Shown here: in pieces, positions 13,601 to 26,740 of the stretch
Layout: each line of letters begins with the position of its first letter
Numbering within the stretch: the first letter of the stretch is position 1
NCBI GenBank assembly: GCA_965285935.1
Contig: OZ260665.1
Location: 27,528,001-27,592,000, forward strand
Direction of reading: 5' to 3'
DNA: 64,000 bases
Source: Ophelia neglecta
Taxonomy: Eukaryota
Notes under the pieces: model-generated
Seen by the model: the letters and a program-made list of their open reading frames with translations, nothing else
Database searches by the model: none
Told to the model about the DNA's origin: nothing
Program-made: the position numbers and the translations under genes

Positions 13601-16600
13601 GGGATAAATAAACACAGGCATACAAGTTCGTAGTTATTGAGTGAATGTTCTGACATTTGTAACTTCACTCAGATTGGCTAGCTGACTTTCATAAGGGCTA
13701 GTAAAAATATCAATCTATTGGCCAAGGGGCCAGTGGTCCATTTACTCCAGCCTTGGGGACTCTCCAGGGGTTGCCCAAGGAGAGAAGGGTCAACCTCAAG
13801 GGGCTCACAGTCAAATTATAATACCTGGGTCCTTTTCTACTGATAGATTACATCAGTTAAATAGGGCAGCACCACAGAGCATGATTTGACTAGTGTAGCT
13901 CAATGAAGAATATTGTGTAGGCCGTCTGTGGCTATACTACTAAAGTCTGGGTGAATTCCTTCATAGTCTGCTAACCACCAGGATAACATCATGACATTTC
14001 CCAGTACTACCACAATTACATGTTAGGCCAAAGATATTTCCATGGCAAAAAAATAAAGAAAAAAAGGAATAGTGGTTATTATTTGCTCCATGCCTAATGG
14101 CAATTAATGTAGAGTACATTTTCATGATAATATAACATGTAAAACCCTTCAATAGTGTACATTTCCGATCCATATTTATTTACAACTTTGACAATTTATC
14201 AATAATGGAAGGACTCTAATACAAAATGATTGACCTTTGTGGTAGTACTAGACAGGGTGTGGTATCAAGTAAGAGTAGCCACTCGTTATAGAAAAGTAAA
14301 GCACACACCATTTTATGTCTACCTGTGAATCATCATCATGTTATCATGAGTTTTATGGCTACCCCACGGCCCACTAGCCAATAAGGAGCCCTGCGGAACT
14401 GCAGACTATTTAAAGTGGTGAAGGTAGAAAAGATACAAGTTCCATGTAAATACCATGTCAGGCATGCTTTATAAATTTGATGTACATTTTTCCTCATCTA
14501 ACTAGCCAGGATATAATAGCTGATTAGAACATTCAAGGTTTAAGGAAAGGCTTATATATAAATAAAAAATATTAACTAAACTGTGTAGTTATGGGATTCA
14601 TACAAGGTTTCAGGACGTGTTTATAAATAAATAAAAAATAATACTTCTTCCATATAGGAGTTCATTGCCGTAGGCTAAATGTACACTCAGTATTGGGAGC
14701 ACAAAAGGATGAGGTTGTACTGAATTAATTTATCTTTTTTGGTCTACAATGCTGGCAATTTTCTTCCTGATGTTTTCAGGAAGAAGATTTGACTTGAACA
14801 AATTGATAAAAAATTGTTACTAGTATATAAAAGTTAATCAAGTGCTCGTAGCTAATTTCACCTCAAACAATTATATTTCAAAATACAGCTTAAGTAATTA
14901 GAAATTAGTGAATTAGTGACAAAGGCGAACAACTTAATATCATTTTAAAGTAGAGCTCAGTTTTGTCTGGAGACACTTCGGTGATAGCTCAACGACAACG
15001 ACAAACTAAGGCTGTTTTATGATAACATGGCAAAGACATTTGACTTCTCAGTTAGTGCACAACCCTTTGGTTTCACTGCCCCTAAATAGTAATAAATGTT
15101 TGTGGTTTTGGAGCATGAACTTTTAGCTGCCTTATAATGTCCATGTTTATGGTGTCCGTATTAACCTGCCATTGTGTCTCTATTATTTGGGGGTCTTGTG
15201 GTATCAGTGTAACTCTCCATCTGTCTGTTAACATCTGTCTAGATTGTCCACCTGCCACTTATTGTTCTTTACACGCGGTCACTCTGTCATCTAGGAAACT
15301 TTGAGAAACAATCCTTTAAAGTCAGTCTATCACTCAATATGGCTCAGTTCTGTGATTAAATCATAGTGGTTAAGTTGTAGCAGGCAAAGGAGTCCATACT
15401 ACCTAATTCTTTCTTCAAATTGCACCAAAAAGCATCTTGAGGTAATGGAGATGTGTCCCTTCCTCCCTGGCTGTCTAGCAGATAAGCCACCAGACCCACC
15501 ATGATTCTACTCTCTAGTAAAAACTGACCCCTCCCTATTGGAGATAAAGAACCCTCGATCCGCCTCCGAGCTATGTTAACCTTTGATCTGGTTTTAAGAA
15601 ATGTTAACAGTTTCATTTTCAGGGTTGCCCAGTTCTGGTCAAGGCATTTCACAAGGATTTGACACTTCAGGGGTCTCAGATGGTTAAATTGACAGGTTTG
15701 CCTTCCAGGCACATGGCAAAATGCAGAGGTCCCCCGTGAATGCAAAAACTTGGTAGGCCTGGAATTTTGCTCTATCACTTTGATCATATCAGTTTATTAT
15801 GTACATGTACATGTAGGTGTTACAATATACATTAAAAGTTAGATGTACTTAATAACTTACCATCCAAAAGATAAAATATTACACTCAGTTTCCCTGTCAA
15901 AACAATTATAAAGATAAAGTCAAGTGAGGAATTGAAGTTGTTCTGAGATATATTATGTCCTGGGGATATCTGTCTGACTTTTATCAAGTAATTCTCAGGG
16001 AAAAGCTTATAAATCTCAATTTACTCCCTAACTATATACATGTTAACAATGACATACTACAACCAGGGCTTTGACATTGTAAGGAGCCACACATCATGTT
16101 TGATCAGAGTGTCGGAATGAACTCGACACTATGAAGCCAAATTCAATTGCACGCCTGAATTAACTGATAGAATTTTTTCAAATACAATACTATGAGTTAA
16201 GAATTATGAAAGTATAGACCCCATAAACTTTGAAAGAAACTGAATGTTTATACCATGATTATTGGTATGTGGTTTGAACAGGTTTATAAAAGATATAATA
16301 AAGGACCTTAAATTTCTCCTTAAGTTCAGAAATCAAAATATGTGACTCATAAGAAGCAGCATTTCTGTTTTAGACATGTAGTTTTTGTAGGAGCTGCTAA
16401 GTATAAAAAAAACTCCAAGCTTCTGAAATTCATTTACTACATTGTCAATTCTGACAGAGAAAGCTTTCTGCATTTTTAAGAATTTCTCCATTTGAAATGC
16501 AGACAAAGAGATTGGTTAACCTTTTGTGTAACCTGAGCTGGGGCTCTACTGTTTTTTTACACAGTACCTTTGTTCATCACAACATAAAGATGCCACTTTA

Positions 16601-19600
16601 ATGGAAGAGCACACCTCCATTATCAGTCATCTTATAAACAATTATACCATACATGTTAATAATTTAAACATGAGCTGCCAATTTAGATTATTCTTGTAAG
16701 TACTTTCAATTCAATGCTATCAAAAGAATAAAAGTATTTGATCTTTAATTTATTAGACAGAATATCAAACCACATTAAACACAAATTTACCAACTATCAG
16801 ATGACTGATCAACATAGGGGGGAGGGTTACACCATATCTTATAGGGGGGTGGGGGGCTAATGCACTTGTTGCCATTATCAAACTGGTTGTGCCAATAGTT
16901 CAGCAGAACTCTGTTAAGTTTACAACTGTGTGTACATTAGGTGTTTTCATTGTTCAAATCAGGCAAAAATAAATCCGGTTAGAGAACCATTTAACAACAT
17001 AAATTATTTCCTGTTCAAATTGCACGAGACTTCTCTACAGGACCTCCTTTACACCTAAACAGCCATTTGTGTCTGATAACAAGATTAGAGCAATGTACGT
17101 GCCATAAATATTGTTGAAAAGTCAGCTAATTACCATAGGTTGCAACAATGAGTACTAGGCCTTATTTTGCCTTATCACTACAGGGAAAACCGATTTCCTT
17201 ATTAAATAAGTCAGGGGGAATAGACAAAAAATCACAGCCTCAAGTAAAGAAAGGCCTATTCTGATCCAGCTAATGCTGTTTGGGAGACTGTGCAGAGTAC
17301 TGGCAGCTTGATTATGTTGACCAAAATGTGTTACACTGCAGGAGATAACTGATGTAGTTTCTTTGGATTTTGGGTTCATTAAGCAAGAGGAGGCCTTAGA
17401 AAAAGTTGGACCAACCATTTTAATACTGGTGCCACAACTGTACGATTATTAGAGTAGCCCACTGAATGTATACAGTGTTTGCTCAGGGACACTACTTCGA
17501 AAAATGTGACAAGCACACTTAATTAACAAGGTGAGGATACAGCTAGATTAGAGTGAAGTAATTAATCAGTGTCATGATCACAGTCTATAATCAAATTAAA
17601 CTGTTGATCATATTTTGGATGCTGTCATTTATCAATGCTGCCTTAGCAAAACAAGTTATCATATCCTCATATTTTCCTGCCCTGAGAGGGTTTTTGGCAG
17701 AATAAAAAACTTCTGGAAATACGACATTATCAGGCATCCAAATAGGACAAGGCGACTACCAGAGACTGGATTCACCTTGAATACCCGATAGATTGCCCAG
17801 ATTTTCTGAACACAAAGGTTTGCCTGCTTAAGTGTGCACTTTTAGCAGTCAATGCATGTGGTAAAAAGGTTGAAAAAACAAAAAGGTAGCCATAAATGTG
17901 TTAAATAATGTGTTTGATACTTGTACAACTGCAAACAGCATATCGAAAGTGTGCTTCTAAGAATTCTAGAGGGAGAGAGAAGGGCTAAACTGATAAATCC
18001 CCCCCACCCCCACCCCCACCCCAATTATGTTCTTTAAGCTGTGAGATAGTTTTGAGGCTATTTCCAGATTATTCTTGGTGTTTCTTACCTCCATACCACG
18101 CGTTCCTGTCTCGGTGGTGTCGAGGGGTGCGATGAGACCGCAGTTCCCGATTGGAGTGATCTCCAAGATTGAACAGTAGATGGCAAGGCTCGTGTCCAGG
18201 AGGTGTGCAACGCCAGCCCACCCCCACTACTACTACCAGCATCACGCCCAAACCTAGGAGAGACCATGGGAAACATAAAACAATTGTTATCTTAGTCTTT
18301 GGCAATTGCTAATCAGCACTGGCCTGCTGAATAGAACCGTGGGAACTTGGTGAATTTAAGGGCAGCCGAGTATCATTTGGAACTGGACTGTTAACTTTTA
18401 TTTTACCCTGTACTTCCAATATTAACCCCCCCCCCTCCCTCCCCCTGCTTCCTGCTCTGAGTGAATATGTAGCTATTACACGGACATGATTCCGGCTGAA
18501 CAGATTCACTAATTCCTCCAATTGCCAAAACATAAGTGCTCCCTTCATTGATATTTAGAGCTAAATAGGGCACTGACAATACTAGAGCCACTCCGGCTGG
18601 GAGTTACTCATGTTGATATAACCTGGTTAGACTTGCAGGTCTGTGCAAGCCAATCCTATGTTTTATAAAAGTGAGCTGCTGTATTACACACTACACCTGG
18701 AAGTATCTATGTCATGAAATACCATTTCCTTAGTTCAATGGAAGTCAAATCACAATGAACTGCGAGTTAACATACAGTTAACATACATTTACACGGACAT
18801 AACTAACGTTCATCACATACATTGGTTTATTACAAGCAATAATCACCTGTATAATAGTGTGCATAATTATCACCCAATATGCTGCTGAGATTCACAAGCT
18901 GTACTCAAGGTGCAGTACATGAATAGATACATCTTAAATACATGATTATACAGGCATTCTGCAGGTGTGCCACCCTAATTAAAAACACATGTGGAACATG
19001 ACTTCTAATGGCCCATGTGATACTGCATCTTGCAGAGTGGGATAACATTACTTAAACATCTGTCTTGTCTGGGTCCACATCCAGTAACAATGTAAAACTT
19101 ACACAACTAATTCAAAAGGAAAATACCTTAGAAGCAACAAACATCTATAACTTATGGTGAATCATCATCTTGTTATGTTTAGAGGAAGGCCTAGTTGGTG
19201 TTTTCAGCTTGGTTACTAGGGACTGTTCATTATTTATCACCAGGGGAGGACCGGCAAACCAGGGGAAAGTGTCACGTCCATTTTTCACGTGAAAACGGGG
19301 AGGGTCACCGTTTTTTTTTCATTAAAGGGGAGGGCCGGAAAATTTTGTTTATATACTATAATGGTAAAAATGATCGCCCTGGTTTGATTAAAAAAATTTG
19401 GCCCAAACCGCTATGTCAAGAAATTAAAACTTATGAATTAGGTTCAGGGGTCTACACTCCCTATTGCCCGACATCCCGGAGCACCTCAAATCTGCTTGCG
19501 GGCACAAAGATTTTAGTTAATAATTTTTCGCCAGGCAACCTGCTAACATTCCCCAAATCGCCGATTGTTGGATATCTTGTATATTTTATATGTACAAATA

Positions 19601-21274
19601 TTTTTGGGACAGTAAGCCTATGGTGCGGGCAAGTAGTTTCCTGGTGCTACTTGCCCTCAGGGCAAGTGCAGAAAAAAGTTAGTGTAGACCCCTGAGGTCT
19701 GAGCCTGTTAATACTACAAAGGCTTCATATCTCTAGCCATGAAATTGAAAACACACCTAGTATCATTTTTTCCACAAAACTTTTGAATGGTTGATCCCCT
19801 GGTGATAAATAATGAACACTCCCACTCCCTTAGGACAGAGAAATAATGAACACTCCCACCCCCTTAGGACAGAGTTACACACAGTTTTAATTTATCAGGA
19901 TAGACCTTTCACATAAATAACTCATGTGATTGAAAACATATTCATGTATATATATATATTAGAAAATATACAAGATTATTATCTCCTGTCAAATGGTGTT
20001 TTTTTCTCAAGGGAAATTATTTTTTTAATATAATGCAGACTGCTGGAGCTAAGACTAGCAGACCAAATGGGTCCCTTTTAATGGGATAATCAATAAATGA
20101 AATTACCTATAAACATGAGTGATAAGGTGAGGAAGCTGCTTCCAATGGTCATGTGTAAGGCACCTAGTATGATCCCCGTGACAACACAGCAGACGCCAAG
20201 CATCGCCAAGGTGACCAGCACCCAGCGGAAAGTGGTAACCGCGGTAATACAGTCCAAACAGGTGTCCCGGGTACAGCAGCCCTTGGCGCCATCATTGAGG
20301 GTAGTGACAGGACCTGGCGCTCGCCTCCGAGAGCGGCCGCTGTGCCCTGGCTGTCGGGTGTGGACCTGACCGTTGCTGGGGCTGCGCCTGCCATTCTGCC
20401 TCGACGAGCGACTCTGGTTAGGCCGGGGCGAGGTGTACGGAGGCAGCAGATGTGAGTTCAGTATGTCAGGGAGGGCTTCGTTGGTCTCGAACCTGTTTAA
20501 TGACACTCCAGGACCAAGACCGTCTGTGTGGATTTGAGCTATGTCCTGCTGGGCTCCAGCGTTTTCCTGGCCCCGAGAGTCTCTGTGATTGGCATAGTTC
20601 CCTAGCAATTGCCTTTCGTCACTGATATTAATGGTTACACTGTTATCTGAGGCAATAGACATGGGGCGTGGGGGAGCAGGACTAGAGTCCCTGGCCTGTG
20701 AGGGGCCTGGGGCAGGGTTTCGCCCCATTGTTCGAGGGCTGCGCCCAGTTGAAGGCTGGTTGGCACTTGTTCGAGGGGCTGAGCTAGCAGCAGCCATGCT
20801 TACAGTCACTCGAGTCACTGGCTTGGAGATAGGACTGCTGCTTGGTTGTCCAGAACCCTGAGCAGTGGAAGACCCAGGGGCAGCAGAGGTGGATGGCCCT
20901 GGGTCAGTACAGATTGAAGGCCCTGGGGCACTAGTGGTGGAAGGCCCAGGGCCAGCAGTGGTGGAACCCCCAGGGCCAGTAGGAGCAGGCCTCCGGGGAG
21001 TTGTTGCTCTCTGAGACGAGTCTGACTGTACGACTGAGCCACCTGTACCATTCGACTTGAGGGCACTTAATATGTTACTGTTTATTTTCATTTTTCCTCG
21101 CTGGGCTGCATTGTGGGAGGAGTCCAGTGATCGACTTTGTCTGCCAGCCTGCTCTCTCTGTCTCTCTCTTTGACCCCTGTCTCTGGTTACTATGTCAGGC
21201 ACACTGCCAGGTGGGCCCAGGGTACGAGAACGACCCCCATTGCTCCCTCCTCCTTCCTGGGATGTAGAAGCCAT
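10622..21274 (-). CDS. Uncharacterised 680-aa two-pass membrane protein with PPxY motifs and C-terminal PDZ-binding motif
   Basis: Exons 21274-20107, 18253-18089, 11584-11469, 11215-10622 (phases 1,1,0; all GT-AG; 2043 nt, open). ATG 21274 has an in-frame upstream TAG at 21317-21319, and the ORF-track start at 21304 is a TTG. Disordered S/P/G-rich N-terminus, Cys cluster GCCTRDTCLDC, two hydrophobic helices, then LYPEFRHRRPPPSY, SPPPTY, RPPTY; ends DTPL*. Confidence 0.85.
19218..19830. mobile_element. PIF/Harbinger-like MITE carrying a nested hAT-like insertion
   Basis: Left end AGGGACTGTTCATTATTTATCACCAGGGG is inverted to CCCCTGGTGATAAATAATGAACACTCCC (19796-19823). The right end is tandemly duplicated (34 bp, 19807-19874). 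TSD is not clean. Confidence 0.65.
19445..19694. mobile_element. hAT-like MITE copy 1 (250 bp)
   Basis: TIR CAGGGGTCTACACT / AGTGTAGACCCCTG. Flanks AGGTT/AGGTC. Highly similar to the copy at 32894-33143. Confidence 0.88.
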
Positions 21275-24200
21275 GCTTCCTGGTGAGAGTGGAATCCTAG
21301 ACAATCCTAGAATACCCTAGAGCACAGCCAGTACACAGTCGACTTAGACATCATTATAGACTAAACCTCCACAACAGACTTGGGTTTAAGTACCTCTGAG
21401 CACACAGAACAAACCTGCCCTGTACAATATCTCTGGCACATCTAGTTTTCACAAGTACCTGAACAGCTAATCATACACTATGGGTGACTTATTTGAAATC
21501 CTTTTGGTTTTCAACACAGTGTCAGGATACATTCACCAGGCCAGATTATATAGGTGTAAGGCAGATACAATGAAACCTCCAATTTACCAAGCACAAACAC
21601 CTGAAGCACTGGCGAAGCACTGGCGTGTATATTCCCAATACTTATTACAATTAGCACCTGGCTGCATTCAGCAGCATGGACGTGAAGTCGCACTTTGATA
21701 CCTCATTTAAGAGTGACATCATGCTGCAGTGTGACCAATTGTCCCTGCACAATCACCTCACAATAGTCCAGCAGATATGGTAATGCTGTGGCAGACAGTT
21801 TTAGATTCCTTGTGGCCCCGGGCAACCTGTAATACTGGTATATACATCTGCCCAAACAACAGCACCCAGGCTAAGCTGAGGTAAACTTCCCAGTATGCCA
21901 GTGGGCTTGGTGCTGGTCTGCAAGGATCTACGTTTTCTATTCTAACACGTATATCACAAGCTTGGTGCTTGTGTCACTGTTTGGCCTATATTCAACTTTG
22001 TCGTGCCAGACGTTGATGTGAGCCATGCTCCAGTGGTCTTACATGGGCATATTTTGATGTTTAGCCAAAGCTTTGTGCAAGGCCCCGATGCCTATGTAGA
22101 AAACAGTGATCAGGTTAAAACATAGTGTGAATCACGTGGCTCTGCTGCCGTCCCTGCTATGATCACCACCCACATCCTCTACACGTCTGCTAGCTCATAG
22201 GGCATTTCCTGCAAAAAAAATAAAACCTGTGTTAATGATATAAAATAACCACAAAGTACCATTTAAAGGCAGGCATGGAAATGGTGAGAACTAAACATGT
22301 TACATACTAGCTCAAATGAGATCAAAAAACATCTGACAAATGTATTTGCTAAGAAGAAACATAAAATATGAACATAATGTTTTCTCACTAAGCACCTTTT
22401 GAAAAAAGGTCAACAGGAGATTTTCTTGCTAAGGACTGGGGTTGGCACGATTTTTCTGATTTCAAGTTTGATTTTGATGAATCATGCTTGACTCGGTTTA
22501 GATATGGAACTGTTCTCTGCAAATATTTGTTTCTCTACACCATATAATAGCACTCTACTACCGTGTCTACAGTACAGAAATCTATTTTGTATGCTGCATA
22601 TCAACCAGATTAAGGCAGATTTCAATATGCAGCACTTCACCATGAATTGCATTTACCTGGATTGTATTTAACGATCTTTTATTTAATGATCTAGTGAGTA
22701 ACGTGACTAGCTAGTACACCCTTGTACCAGAGACTAGTGTAAATAAAGCAATTTTTTAACATTTATATACACATAAAAAGCATTTTTGCGCCACTAGAAT
22801 CATCATCAAAGGCCAAGAAGTAGGTCACGGCGGTACATAGAATCTTGGGAGCTGAGAAGCTAACTTTTCCATGTACAAACACCAAGCAGGCATTCTGACT
22901 GTCATAAAGGACCATTTGTCTGTGTGTCTCTGTGTTTGTCAGCGGTATCTATTTGCTAGGCGGGTTGGTTGGCAAGCTACAGCACAAGACATCATGATAT
23001 TTTTTCCTACTTGAGTGCCAAGAAATACATTAAATACACACTGGCCCATGGAAAACACACATGCACTCAAATTACATATCTATACAGAGCCCAAGTAGTG
23101 AAAAATTCCTTGCATAAATGTATTATTACTATATATATACATGTATGTCTATAGCACCTCTAACAATTCAATAGTCAGTTAATGATAATTTTTAATATAC
23201 TTCCTTATTATCAAATTTAATATAAAATTTCTTAATAATGTATAAACTTCAGTGGGGGTTAAAGGAATTCTCAGTTTGCACAAAGGCAAAGAGTTTAGCT
23301 TTAGTTTAGCTAACCAATAGGGTTTCATTACTACAGGGTCCACGCATAAATAACCTGCTTCGCAAATATCTTACTACCCTGCTAACAGACAACATCTACC
23401 AAGTTACTACTAAGATCATTTGCTCTATCGATAGTAAGACTAAGGATGGGAAATGTCTTACAAAATAACAAAAATGCTTTTTATTACGTACTGGTATGAC
23501 CAATCATTATCTGCCCTCATCGGTGAGCCTTTTGAATTCATCAATATCTTGAACACTTGAGCATGTTGTGCTGACAGCAGTAAGAACCATTAGGGCTCGT
23601 AGGATGATACCTTGTTAACCTTTCTGGACAATAACCACAATGTACCATGTTTACCTAGTCTACTGTACACAAACAGAAAGGGTCAGACATAGTTTGTGGA
23701 GAGAGAAAAATGAATAGAACTGCTGACCATCAGCCCTGGTCAATAACCTGCTCTATAACCCTTTTGTACCGCTGTCAGACTAGGGGTGGATTTACATGTA
23801 CATGGAGGGATGAGGACCAAACCTTCTTCAGAACTCCCTGCATCACCAAAGGTAAACCCCAACCCAACAAGTACAATTCCTGCATCCATCCCTGCTGACC
23901 TCAAACTGACCAGTACCAAAACTACAAAAATAAACCAATCAACTTCTAATAACTGTCTGAGATAAGGTCAAAGGTCAGTAATATGCCAATTACATGAGAA
24001 TCTTCAGCCAAGTCATCTTCACCAGCAGAATATATGGACATATATACATGTATACATCTCCAACTGACTGAATAACGTCACTTCAATAAAAGTTAATAAT
24101 TGACTATCGGTAAAAGAATTTTCTATGACAGGAAATCATAAAACAAAACGTCTATCAATTAACATTGTGCATTTACTCTGAAGGAAAATAAAAAGTTTTC

Positions 24201-25126
24201 TTCATCAAAATCTCAAAATCTTAATCAGAATTAAAGTTTTAGAAACCAGCACAAGTGACAAATGTATTAGTTTTCCTATGAACCTGTAACTAAGATACAT
24301 CTCATCTACCTGCAGATGACATCGATGGAGGAAATGTTAAGACAAAGGTGTCAGCAGTGTGCCAGGACAAGTGGGAAGCAGCTGGCCAACAAATGGTAGC
24401 AGCTGACAGTACCCTGGGGTGGACAGCCTGGGGTGGATAGGCAGGGTGGATGGCCTGGGGGTTACTAGCAGGTTCACAGATGGACCCTTCATAAAGCCAT
24501 GCAGTTGGTTTAAGCCCCCCTTGTGTTTGTCTACTAGGGTAAGCCCCTGATTATAAGTCGTCTGTCAAAGGGTTTGTGGACACTTGGATAAGGAAGAGGA
24601 AATGGCATGAAATGTACCCTGTGTTAAATCAGACAAGATCCAAGTGATAACTTTAATGGTGTTAAGTAATCTTATATTAATTGTTGACACATTGTTATAT
24701 ACACAGTACATGTGTACTTATTACATATGGTGTTTAAACCTTCTTTCCTGGTACATAAGATAACATTCAAGTGATACATTTAATGGTATTAAGTTATGTA
24801 GAATTACTTTCCCACAAATTATTATATGCACAACACATGTGTACATATAATGTCTGATGTTTTTACCTTCTTCCCTGGTACATATTTGCTGTCTTATTAT
24901 CTGCATGTAGAGTTCAGTCATCCATTTCATTATCTAATAATAGTTGTATTAAACAGATATTAATGGTTCCTTAGTCATGTATAATTTATATTAACACAAT
25001 TTACTCTTTTACCCCTATAAGTATCCTGCTTGCTGCATTATTCAATGAAATCTTATCAGCCTCATCACAAACTGTACAACAATCTTTAATTTTGTTTAAT
25101 TTTGCAAATATAACTACAGTAAAACC

Positions 25127-25290
25127 TGACTTAAACACCACTTCAATATTCAGACCTTGCAATTGAGGCCACTTATCTGAAACCATAATATACACCTTCA
25201 ATGTGAAATAACCTGTCTGAACAGACCACCTCCATAATCAGACCAGTATATTCCAGGCCCTTGGGTGGTCTCAATTCACAGGTTTCACTT
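25127..25290. mobile_element. Degenerate Tc1/mariner-type MITE
   Basis: TA-CAGTAAAACCTG ... CAGGTTTCACTT-TA termini with internal AGACCAC repeats. Confidence 0.6.
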
Positions 25291-26269
25291 TATTTGAATA
25301 AATTTTGTATCAGAGCTTTAACTTTCATTGGCTGCCTTTTCCACAAAAATGAAATCCCAGATACAGCTGCACATGAGGTAAAATGTTGAAAACTTCTATT
25401 TGACCAAGCTATGAAAATAAGTTTGTTGCTTAAAGCATCAACAGAATAAATAAATAAATGCTATTTCAGCACAAAACACATCATTTAAATTTGCATCGGC
25501 ATTGATGAAAAAGAGCATTTAATGGGGACACAGGAAAAGTCAGTAACAATCTAAGGTAGGGAATAATGTTGTCTACCGTACTTGTATGTTGGACATAACA
25601 TGTATGTTTTCAGGTGCCCTGTCTGCCTTGGCAGATTTTACCCCACTCATGGTTGCTTTAAGCATATTACTAGACTTTGTCTGGGTCTTAGAGCTAAGCT
25701 CAGATCACTGTTTGTTACTGCAGGCATGCCTTAGGCAACACTAGCAGCACCACTAAGGTTCATCATGGTTAGCACTTTATTTATCAGGTTACTGAAAGTT
25801 GACTTGTTCACCCTCTTGCATATTCACCCTCTTGCATTAATCAAATACAAGCGTTTTCCCCAGAAAGATTTTTTTTGGCTCATTATTTGTTTGAGACTTG
25901 TTGATGGGCCCCCTATAAAGGTGTATCCGTACCAGTAAGAGCAGATTTCAAAAAAGCATTTAGAGAGAAATGACCACCATCAATGAGGGCCCTAGACAGC
26001 CAAGTGCATCAAACAAATTTCACCAGGTTGTGTCATCGACAACTAATTACATATAGTGTTTATCAGTTCATGGTTCCACTCAATGGTTTACTTTTTTTCT
26101 TGAGGTTTTCTTCATGTATATTTTCTAAGAAAAAAAACTAATTTTCATGGTTTTTTACATTTGCAGCATTTTGTGTTCAAATTCTGAAGTGGGTAATTCA
26201 GGTGAAGATTGTTTAAGGGCAAGGTCTCTATAATTGGCATACTAAACTAATGTCACAATCTCTTATGTA

Positions 26270-26740
26270 AATCAACAATCCTTAACTTGTACCCTGCTGT
26301 TATACCTCTTACCTAACCTACTGTATTGATGTATGGGGCCATGCCAATTTTAATATAATAACCTCTTTATTTAAGCTCCAAAAATTGCAGGGCATATTAT
26401 TATCTCTGCGGCATATGCTGCGTATTCGACTCCAATTTTGGATAAACTCCAGGTCCTTCCAATTATTAATAAATGCCATGTTCTTCCACTGTTAAAATTA
26501 TATTCATATTGTACCAGGTCCATACAGGATTACTTCCTCCTATTTTTGAAGATATGTTTGTCCGTAACATTGACATCCAATCATACAATACAAGACAGCA
26601 ATATAAACTCCATCTTCCTATTGGGAGGCCATTTTTTATAACTAAAACTATAAGATTTCGGAGGGTTATGGCTTGGAATTATGGGATCTTTGAACTGCCA
26701 CTGTAAGAAGACATTTTAATTCATGATCAATAAACAATTT
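26270..26740 (+). mobile_element. Decayed CR1/L2-type LINE ORF2 3' fragment
   Basis: Frameshifted translations include YLTYCIDVWG...LQK and GLLPPIFEDMFVRNIDIQSYNTRQ...KTIRFR...WN, typical of the CR1-clade C-terminus. Confidence 0.75.

Noticed and set aside
14322-14398. Candidate cassette exon in the PPxY gene intron (CTGCAG|TTCCG...CACAG|GTAGAC, minus strand)
   Set aside because: The better donor shifts frame into a stop and the in-frame donor (GTAGCC) is weak. It could be a poison exon but is unsupported without reads.
15356-15787. 143-aa intronic ORF
   Set aside because: No recognisable motif or splice context; probably chance or decayed repeat.
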